Shown in pieces: positions 26,635-32,786 of a DNA stretch of 32,786 nucleotides (positions are counted from its first letter, which is position 1; each line of letters starts with the position of its first letter). The notes beneath the pieces are model-generated. The model was not told the origin of the DNA, ran no database searches, and saw only the letters and a program-made list of their open reading frames with translations. The position numbers and the translations under genes are program-made. The stretch spans positions 1 to 32,786 of the forward strand of contig JAGBHJ010000009.1 of assembly GCA_017935525.1 (NCBI GenBank). Reading direction: 5' to 3'. This DNA is from Clostridia bacterium. GTDB lineage: Bacteria; Bacillota; Clostridia; HGM11327.

Positions 26635-28131
26635 TCACACACCCAAGCTTTCCATCACAAAGTCCGCCATTTTGTCCTTTTCCTTGACGGTTTTGTGGAG
26701 GATGGGCTTGCTCTTAAGGTTGGCAAGGGATGAGGGGATGGCAACTCCCGTCTTTGCGTTCAGGTCCTCCATGATAGCGTACTCGTCGGCAAGTGCTGCT
26801 GCGGCGTCGTCACCAAAGATGGCGCTGTAAACGCTGTTGGAGAACTTGTAGGGGCTGGCGGTGGAAAGTACCACCGTGGGTGTCGTGTCGCCCGTGGTTG
26901 CCTTGTATTCGTCCACAACGGTCAGCGCAACTGCTGTGTGGGTGTCGGCAACGTAGCCTGTCCGGTCAAAATACTTCTTGATGGTCTTTTTTGCGGCGGC
27001 GCTGTCAGCATAGCCTGCGGCAAATTCGTCCTTGATGGTGTCCAGCATAAAGTCGGGCACGGTGTATTCGCCCTTTGTGGCAAGGTCGCTCATCAGCTGT
27101 GCAACAAGGGCGTTGTCCTTGCCGCTTGCGTAGTACAGCAGTCTTTCCAGATTGCTGGAAACGAGAATATCCATGGAGGGGGAGATGGTCTTTGCCAGGT
27201 CGCGCTTTTTGTTGTAAACGCCCGTGTTTATAAAGTCGTAAAGCACGTTGTTCTCGTTGGATGCGCATATAAGCTTGCCAACGGGGAGCCCCATCATCTT
27301 TGCGTATCTGCCTGCAAGTATGTCGCCAAAATTGCCCGTGGGCACTGCAAAGTTTACCTTGTCGCCCAGAGTGATCCTGCCGTCATCAATGAGCTTTTTG
27401 TATGCGTAGAAGTAGTACACCACCTGGGGTGCCAGTCTGCCCACGTTAATGGAGTTGGCAGATGAGAAATCCATACCCTTTTCCAACAGGGTATTCTTTA
27501 TATTGACGTCGGAGAATATAATCTTGACGCCTGTCTGCGTGTCGTCAAAATTGCCGTTAATGCCGCAAACGTATGTGTTGTTGCCCTCCTGGGTGGTCAT
27601 CTGCGCCTTCTGCACGGTACTTACGCCGTCGTTGGGGAAGAATACGATGATCTTGGTGCCCTCAACGTCACGGAAACCCTCCAGCGCAGCCTTGCCCGTG
27701 TCGCCCGATGTGGCTGTGAGAATAACTGTCTGCTGAGAGTCGTTATTCAGCCTCTTGGACGCCGTTACAAGCTGCGGGAGCATCTGCAGGGCAACGTCCT
27801 TAAAGGCGCACGTGGGGCCGTGGAACAGCTCCAGAATGATGCTGTCGCCTGCGTATGCGATGGGCGTTACCTCGTCGGTGTCAAATTTGCCGACGTACGC
27901 ATTTTTTACGCACTGCTTCATAACGTCGGCGGGATAGTCGGGCAAAAGCTTGCCCAGAACATATTCAGCCATTTCGATATATGACATGGTGATGATCTTA
28001 TTGATGTCTATGGATATATTCTCCAGATCACGCATTACAAACAGACCGCCGTCGGGAGCCAGACCGTTGAGCACCGCCTTGGAGGGTGTTGTGGTGATGT
28101 TTTTATTTCTTGTGCTTTCGTAGATGTTCAT
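26635..28131 (-). CDS. thrC: Threonine synthase (long form, 498 aa)
   Basis: PLP-lysine motif HGPTCAFKD and the TATSGDTGKAA block. Full-length ORF on the - strand. Confidence 0.93.
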   Translation of the reverse strand: MNIYESTRNKNITTTPSKAVLNGLAPDGGLFVMRDLENISIDINKIITMSYIEMAEYVLGKLLPDYPADVMKQCVKNAYVGKFDTDEVTPIAYAGDSIILELFHGPTCAFKDVALQMLPQLVTASKRLNNDSQQTVILTATSGDTGKAALEGFRDVEGTKIIVFFPNDGVSTVQKAQMTTQEGNNTYVCGINGNFDDTQTGVKIIFSDVNIKNTLLEKGMDFSSANSINVGRLAPQVVYYFYAYKKLIDDGRITLGDKVNFAVPTGNFGDILAGRYAKMMGLPVGKLICASNENNVLYDFINTGVYNKKRDLAKTISPSMDILVSSNLERLLYYASGKDNALVAQLMSDLATKGEYTVPDFMLDTIKDEFAAGYADSAAAKKTIKKYFDRTGYVADTHTAVALTVVDEYKATTGDTTPTVVLSTASPYKFSNSVYSAIFGDDAAAALADEYAIMEDLNAKTGVAIPSSLANLKSKPILHKTVKEKDKMADFVMESLGV

Positions 28132-28192
28132 TTCAAAAGCGTCCTTTCGCAGGAAATATAACTATTTCCCCTTATATTTTATGTACTTGTAT

Positions 28193-28221
28193 ATTATACA
28201 CCATTATCAGCAAAATTTCAA
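28193..28221 (-). promoter_or_regulatory. Putative sigma-A promoter of thrC
   Basis: The - strand reads TTGAAA (28221-28216), 17 nt, TATAAT (28198-28193). This leaves a leader of about 55 nt to the thrC ATG. Confidence 0.6.
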
Positions 28222-28292
28222 GAGATAACACGTGTGTAAGCCGAGGATATTTTGCTGAATGGGGCAATTTCCTTTTCTCTTTGAGGCTACAC

Positions 28293-28320
28293 CTTGGCTC
28301 TCCCTCCGGGAAAGAGGGCA
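28293..28320. repeat. 28-nt direct repeat, copy 1 (CTTGGCTCTCCCTCCGGGAAAGAGGGCA)
   Basis: Identical 28-mer at 28501-28528. It contains the hairpin CCCTC-N7-GAGGG. Confidence 0.95.
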
Positions 28321-28500
28321 TAACAGAGCGAACGCCCCATCGGTCGTCTGTATCAATTGGAGGAATGTGCCCGGGTATTTTGGACAGTCGAGGACGCCGG
28401 TTCCTGCAGACCTCAAGGGTGGGGATGTAACACCTCATCCGTCAGCCTGCAGCTGACACCTTCTCCTTATTAGGAGAAGGCATGGGTGCGGCGGTTCTTT

Positions 28501-28528
28501 CTTGGCTCTCCCTCCGGGAAAGAGGGCA
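28501..28528. repeat. 28-nt direct repeat, copy 2
   Basis: Perfect copy of 28293-28320, located 208 nt downstream. Confidence 0.95.
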
Positions 28529-28634
28529 GAAAACATTCTCCCTCAGTCTTTTGCTTCATAAGATCCGGCTCCCTCAACAGAGAAAGCCATTTGTAATTCC
28601 CGCAGGGTGTAGTGGGGTGATTGATAAAAATAAA

Positions 28635-28663
28635 TTGAAAATTTACCGCACATGGTGTATAAT
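28635..28663 (+). promoter_or_regulatory. Putative sigma-A promoter of the lipoprotein gene
   Basis: TTGAAA 28635-28640, 17 nt, TATAAT 28658-28663. It lies about 30 nt upstream of GGAAAGGAG and the ATG at 28696. Confidence 0.6.
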
Positions 28664-28695
28664 ATAATTACAGACTGCCGGAAAGGAGAAAAAAC

Positions 28696-29292
28696 ATGAA
28701 AATAAAGAGATTGGTATCCGTTTTTATTGTTGCGGCGCTTCTGCTGGCGACGGCTTCCCTCAGTGGTTGTACCTGCAAGCATTACGAAAAGTCGGATATC
28801 GACAGCCTTGCAGAGGCTGAGGATATGACGGTGGAGGAAAAGATCCAAGCGGCAAAGGCGATGGAGATACTCGTTATCGATGGCAATGATTGTAAGATAG
28901 TCAGCGGAGAACATCTGCTGGAGCACTTTGTTAATGCTGAGAGGGGCGAGTGCAAGTGGATACGTACTGCAACGTACGGCGAGTTAAATGGTGAGGCATA
29001 TGTGACCTTTGAGAAAATAGAGTACCGCGATGGAAAATACGCATTTTCGTCAACGAGCACTCGGCAAAAGCCTGCCAACGTTGCGATAACTTCACGTGAA
29101 ACCCTTGAATACGATTACCTGATAAAGGATACACGATCAAAAGAAAAAGATGGGCTGGACGTTTACATACTGTCCAATATACCCGATGTGACGTTTAAGC
29201 AGATACTGTCTTCTGCGGTGTCGTCTGATTTGACAGACATAATTCGTTATGACAAAGCAAATCCGATATGGTTTTTGAAGAAAGTGGAATAA
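28696..29292 (+). CDS. Lipoprotein of unknown function
   Basis: Signal peptide with the lipobox LSGC (MKIKRLVSVFIVAALLLATASLSGC). Good SD. 198 aa. Confidence 0.8.
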   Translation: MKIKRLVSVFIVAALLLATASLSGCTCKHYEKSDIDSLAEAEDMTVEEKIQAAKAMEILVIDGNDCKIVSGEHLLEHFVNAERGECKWIRTATYGELNGEAYVTFEKIEYRDGKYAFSSTSTRQKPANVAITSRETLEYDYLIKDTRSKEKDGLDVYILSNIPDVTFKQILSSAVSSDLTDIIRYDKANPIWFLKKVE

Positions 29293-29320
29293 AACTTCTG
29301 CGGAATTAACGGAAAAATTT

Positions 29321-29348
29321 GCCATCGCATTTTTGTGATGGCTTTTTT
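29321..29348 (+). terminator. Intrinsic terminator
   Basis: GCCATCGC-ATTTTT-GTGATGGC followed by TTTTTT. Confidence 0.75.
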
Positions 29349-29457
29349 GTATGCAAACGGAAACCTCAACTCACCTGAAAACAACACGCTGTAGGGCAGC
29401 GGCTTGTACCCGATGGTTGCTGTGCCTCGCATCCTCATTTTAATTCAAACAAATTTG

Positions 29458-29486
29458 TTGACAAATTACGGCGAATATGGTATCAT
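29458..29486 (+). promoter_or_regulatory. Putative sigma-A promoter of the hydrolase gene
   Basis: TTGACA, 17 nt, TATCAT. The -35 element is embedded in the palindrome AATTTGTtgACAAATT (29452-29467). Confidence 0.5.
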
Positions 29487-29533
29487 TATCCTACGGCGAT
29501 ATTTGCCGACAAAACAAAAAGAGGTCTTTACTT

Positions 29534-30700
29534 ATGGAATTATTTAAGACGGATATATTGATAGGACGCAGGCTGGAGCTTTTCTCCCAGCCCTCCTGTG
29601 ATGAGTGGGGTTACGAAAAGCCCCAGACGGATACCTTTGCGGTGCTTTACCCAAAGGAGTTTAACGCACAAAAGGAATACCCCCTCTACGTTGTATTCCA
29701 CTCTGCAGGGCACGACGTTTACTCCTGCCTTGAGTGCATAAAGACAAAGGGTAATCACGACATTTACCACGTGCCGGACGATATGTTTGGCTTGTTCCTT
29801 GACTGCAGAGCAAATACCGACGGTACTGCGGACTGGTGGTGGGGCGGCATTGACGCCCAGGGCAGGGGCAGTGACGACCGCCGAGGCGTTGAGACTCGCC
29901 CTGTGGAAAAGCGTTGCATCGCTACTATTGAGTGGACTATGGATATGTACCCCATCAACAGACAGAGGGTGTACGGCGTGGGCAACTCCATGGGCGGCAG
30001 CGGCGTGCTGGGCATAGCACTTCCCAGGGGCGATATTTTTGCGGCAATAAAGGCAAACGTGCCTGCGGGCGTGCGCCACGCGGCGGACAGATGCTGTCTT
30101 GATACCGAGGCTCCTGACGGCTTTGCTATTCCCGATCCGCCCATTGTTGTGGACTATTCCTCCCAGGTGGACGACTGGTCAAACGGTCACGAGGTGCTTT
30201 ACAATGGCATGAGGGACAAAAAATACCCGATCATGGGCTTCTGGGGTACCTTTGGCCATGCAAACAACCATGAGAACATAGCAAAATACAACGACCTCAT
30301 CCACGCATTTGACGTTTTTGCCGTTGAAAAGAATTGCGCTTATCCCGTGTTTACAAACGCCACAACGGACGACGTTATTCCGTGGCCGGACAACAGGGAC
30401 TGCGGCACGTCGGGTCAGGTAAACGGATTTTTCCGCTGGAATGTGATAAAGGATGCCGACGACGGGCTTGACATAGAGCTGCGCCTTATGAATGCCGACG
30501 AGTGGACCACAAGAGTTCAGCTGCCCATGGAATCCGTGGCAGACGTTACTCTCCGCCGCTTGCAGAGCTTTGCGCCCTGCTGTAAGGTAAAATACAGCTT
30601 TGGCGACGTTGCGGGCGAGGCAGAGCTTGAGGACGGTGTTATCACGGTCAAGGGGTTAAAGATAACACAGACACCCACCGTGCTGAGCCTGAGAAAGTAA
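29534..30700 (+). CDS. Alpha/beta-hydrolase-fold esterase-like protein
   Basis: ATG at 29534 follows AAGAGG and lies downstream of the predicted promoter, so the ORF-track start at 29477 was trimmed. Nucleophile elbow GNSMGG. No signal peptide. Confidence 0.7.
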   Translation: MELFKTDILIGRRLELFSQPSCDEWGYEKPQTDTFAVLYPKEFNAQKEYPLYVVFHSAGHDVYSCLECIKTKGNHDIYHVPDDMFGLFLDCRANTDGTADWWWGGIDAQGRGSDDRRGVETRPVEKRCIATIEWTMDMYPINRQRVYGVGNSMGGSGVLGIALPRGDIFAAIKANVPAGVRHAADRCCLDTEAPDGFAIPDPPIVVDYSSQVDDWSNGHEVLYNGMRDKKYPIMGFWGTFGHANNHENIAKYNDLIHAFDVFAVEKNCAYPVFTNATTDDVIPWPDNRDCGTSGQVNGFFRWNVIKDADDGLDIELRLMNADEWTTRVQLPMESVADVTLRRLQSFAPCCKVKYSFGDVAGEAELEDGVITVKGLKITQTPTVLSLRK

Positions 30701-30706
30701 ATTTTT

Positions 30707-30742
30707 GACCTGCGGAGTAATGTCGCAGGTCTTATCCCTTTT
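30707..30742 (+). terminator. Intrinsic terminator
   Basis: GACCTGCG/CGCAGGTC stem with a 9-nt loop, followed by TTATCCCTTTT. Confidence 0.65.
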
Positions 30743-30779
30743 ATATAAAGATCGAAGCAAATGATATTTGGAGGAAAGT

Positions 30780-32498
30780 ATGAAGAGAAAAGTAAGGATA
30801 ATTATTCCCCTGCTGGTGCTGGCGGTGGTATGCGTCGTGGGCGTTTTGTCCCTTTGTAAGGACAAAACTGTTACGGTGTATTATACCAACGACATCCACA
30901 GCTACATCGACAATCATCTTAAGAGCGAAAACGGACTGACATATTCGATGGTTGCGGCGTTAAAGGCAAATACCAAGAATTCCCTGCTGGTGGACGCAGG
31001 CGACCATATACAGGGTACTGCCTACGGCGGCATGGATAACGGCGCCACCATCATCAAGCTGATGAATGCGGCAGGCTATGACGTTGCTACCCTCGGCAAC
31101 CACGAGTTTGACTACGGTATGGCAGGATGCATGGCAACGGTGGATGCGGCGGAATTTCCCTACGTGTCCTGTAATTTCAGACATGAGACTGACGGTGTAA
31201 AGGGTGAGACCGTGCTTGAGAGTTACGTTATCAAAAAGGTCGGCGGGGTAAAGATCGCCTTTGTGGGCATTACCACTCCCGAAACCATATCGTCATCCAC
31301 TCCTGCGTATTTCCAGGATGAGAGTGGAAACTACATATACGGAATTGACGGCGGCGAAGATGGGCGCGACCTGTACGCATCTGTACAGCGGGCTATTGAC
31401 AGCGCAAAGGCTGACGGCGCGGACTATGTTATCGCCATCGGTCACCTTGGCGTAGATCTTTCTTCAGGCCCATGGACCAGCCGTAACGTGATAGCAAACA
31501 CGCAAGGGCTGGACGCATTTATCGACGGACATTCCCACACCACCATCCCCATGGAGCAGGTGGCGGATAAGACGGGCAAAACCGTGCTGCTGACCCAGAC
31601 GGGCTCCTATCTTAATGCGGTGGGCAAGCTGGTTATTTCCGACGACAGAGAGATAACCGCTCAGTTGTTGACCGGTGAGGACATACCTCCCGTTGATAGC
31701 GTAAAAAAGATAGAGGATGACTGGATAAGCAGTATAAACGACAGACTTGGCCAGGTCATCGGCTCAGCTGAAGTCACCCTTGACAATTTTGACAGCGACG
31801 GCAAGCGCCTTGTGCGCAAGCAGGGCACAAATTCGGGCGATTTTGCGGCGGATGCCTTGTATTATCTTTTTGACGATATGGGAATGGACGTGGATATTGC
31901 GGTGATGAACGGCGGCGGTATCCGCAATACGGCCATTACGGGTCAGCTGACGTATCTGAGCTGTAAGGAGATACACACATTCGGCAACGTTGCCTGCCTG
32001 TTAAAGGTAACAGGTCAGCAGATATTGGACGCTCTGGAATGGGGCTCCAAGGGTGTAAGCGACCTTGCGGAGGACGGCAGTTTTCTCCACGTTGCGGGTG
32101 TGACGTACACTCTCGACCTGGGGTACGAGTCCACTGTGCAGGCTGACGACAAGGACGTCTGGACGGGCGGCCCTACGGGGGAATACAGAGTAAAGGACGT
32201 TATGATATATAATAAGCAGACGGGCGAATACGAGCCGTTAGATCTTACTGCCGAGTACAATATGGCGGGCTACAATTATACACTCCGTGACCTTGGTGGC
32301 GGTTTTGCTATGCTCAACGGCGCCACAAACGTGCTGGATTACGTTATGGAGGACTATATGGTCCTTGCCAATTACATCAAGGGCTTTGAAAACGGCGTTG
32401 TAGGGGTAGAAAATTCTCCTCTTGCTGCAAAATACGAGGGAATGCTGATGGATTACAGTAGCGTAAACGGCTCGGGCCGTATTAACGTTGTGGATTGA
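30780..32498 (+). CDS. Membrane-anchored/secreted bifunctional metallophosphatase/5'-nucleotidase family protein
   Basis: ATG at 30780 follows GGAGGA. N-terminal hydrophobic anchor. Metallophosphoesterase motifs NDIHS, GDHIQG, GNHEFD, GHLG and GHSH, plus a C-terminal 5'-nucleotidase-like domain. Confidence 0.88.
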   Translation: MKRKVRIIIPLLVLAVVCVVGVLSLCKDKTVTVYYTNDIHSYIDNHLKSENGLTYSMVAALKANTKNSLLVDAGDHIQGTAYGGMDNGATIIKLMNAAGYDVATLGNHEFDYGMAGCMATVDAAEFPYVSCNFRHETDGVKGETVLESYVIKKVGGVKIAFVGITTPETISSSTPAYFQDESGNYIYGIDGGEDGRDLYASVQRAIDSAKADGADYVIAIGHLGVDLSSGPWTSRNVIANTQGLDAFIDGHSHTTIPMEQVADKTGKTVLLTQTGSYLNAVGKLVISDDREITAQLLTGEDIPPVDSVKKIEDDWISSINDRLGQVIGSAEVTLDNFDSDGKRLVRKQGTNSGDFAADALYYLFDDMGMDVDIAVMNGGGIRNTAITGQLTYLSCKEIHTFGNVACLLKVTGQQILDALEWGSKGVSDLAEDGSFLHVAGVTYTLDLGYESTVQADDKDVWTGGPTGEYRVKDVMIYNKQTGEYEPLDLTAEYNMAGYNYTLRDLGGGFAMLNGATNVLDYVMEDYMVLANYIKGFENGVVGVENSPLAAKYEGMLMDYSSVNGSGRINVVD

Positions 32499-32620
32499 GG
32501 TATAATAATCACATCTAATGTACAAACTTCGTTTGTTATAATGTGATTATTGAATCGTTTGGGGTAGAAATGCGGATAGCGCATTTCATTATGATATGAT
32601 AGTTACTTGCCGACAGGAAT

Positions 32621-32656
32621 GGGATGAGGAATTAAAAAATTCCTCGTCCCTTTTTC
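32621..32656 (+). terminator. Intrinsic terminator (+ strand)
   Basis: 13-bp stem GGGATGAGGAATT/AATTCCTCGTCCC with a 4-nt loop, followed by TTTTTCTTT. The one G-U pair fits only the + strand. Confidence 0.75.
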
Positions 32657-32762
32657 TTTGCAAGCGCTGACTTAATTAAAGACAACAAACGGGAGGCGCC
32701 CCTACAGAAAAATAAAATTCTATCACCGTAGGGGGGCTCCCCCTCAATTTTGCCAAAACCAA

Positions 32763-32786
32763 CGTAAAGTCAAAATTGACTTTACG
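32763..32786. repeat. Perfect 24-bp palindrome at the window edge
   Basis: CGTAAAGTCAAAATTGACTTTACG is its own reverse complement. It is cut by the end of the window. Confidence 0.9.

Larger units (their letters stand above)
28286..28613 (+). ncRNA. Candidate structured RNA with an RNase P RNA-like element order (unconfirmed; core motif deviates)
   Basis: The closing helix 28286-28296/28603-13 plus 28307-12/28597-602 leaves 17 consecutive paired 3' nucleotides. Its two G-U pairs exist only on the + strand. Inside, in order, are a hairpin at 28323-51, GGAGGAA at 28359-65 and the bulged-U helix 28364-70/28586-91. Sequence blocks AAGGGTG 28415-21, TTCATAAGAT 28555-64 and ACAGAGAA 28577-84 also occur. 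No credible ORF. Confidence 0.45.

Noticed and set aside
26502-26687. 61-aa ORF between rplL and thrC.
   Set aside because: It spans two intrinsic terminators and the thrC 3' end, and it has no SD.
28293-28528. The two 28-nt repeats as a CRISPR array.
   Set aside because: There are only two copies, separated by 180 nt of structured sequence. There are no cas genes and no further repeats.
28132-28695. The gap as a thrC leader riboswitch on the - strand (T-box, SAM-I/S-box, lysine, glycine, cobalamin, c-di-AMP).
   Set aside because: A consensus promoter sits only ~55 nt upstream of thrC, so most of the gap is outside that leader. I found no T-box sequence or terminator/antiterminator pair. 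GAGGGAGCCGGATCTTATGAAGC vaguely recalls the SAM-I core, but the GCAACC and GGTGC..AA..TCC elements are absent. The other riboswitch cores were not found.
28110-28926. ORFs crossing the thrC-lipoprotein gap: 28110-28430(+), 28172-28438(-), 28207-28416(-), 28259-28456(+), 28482-28667(+), 28543-28926(-).
   Set aside because: They have no ribosome-binding sites. They overlap each other on both strands and run through promoters and hairpins. The repeated WLSLRERG peptide merely reflects the 28-nt DNA repeat.

Overview
This window looks like a Bacillota (Clostridia-like) chromosome segment, inferred only from gene order and protein sequences. It has four parts.

1. 1-14012: an almost complete S10-spc-alpha ribosomal protein cluster on the + strand, running from the rplC 3' end through rplQ. 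It includes secY, map, a small KOW protein, infA, rpmJ (missing from the ORF track) and rpoA. No adk is present. rplR (L18) is split over two reading frames.
2. 14.2-22.8 kb: a mixed housekeeping/accessory stretch.
   - nrdR is translationally coupled to a membrane-anchored HlyD-like protein.
   - A YtrA-type GntR regulator is followed by an ABC ATPase and two paralogous polytopic membrane proteins. The regulator carries an in-frame TAG.
   - A MntR/DtxR-like regulator, a TIM-barrel isomerase and rlmH follow.
   - A beta-lactamase-fold serine hydrolase and a small 4-Cys TSCPD protein close this stretch.
3. 22.9-26.5 kb: rpmG (also missing from the ORF track), secE, nusG, rplK, rplA, an L10 leader, rplJ and rplL.
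4. 26.6-32.8 kb: thrC on the - strand, a 564-nt non-coding gap, a lipoprotein gene, an alpha/beta-hydrolase, a 5'-nucleotidase/metallophosphatase and a structured non-coding tail.

No tRNA, rRNA, CRISPR array, transposase or recognisable defence gene was seen.

The most interesting object is the G+C-rich, helix-dense segment at about 28222-28634. It sits between two back-to-back consensus promoters. On the + strand it folds by hand into a closed domain whose element order resembles bacterial RNase P RNA, but the normally invariant core motif is altered. It also contains a perfect 28-nt internal direct repeat.

All folds and promoter calls were made by eye and need computational confirmation.
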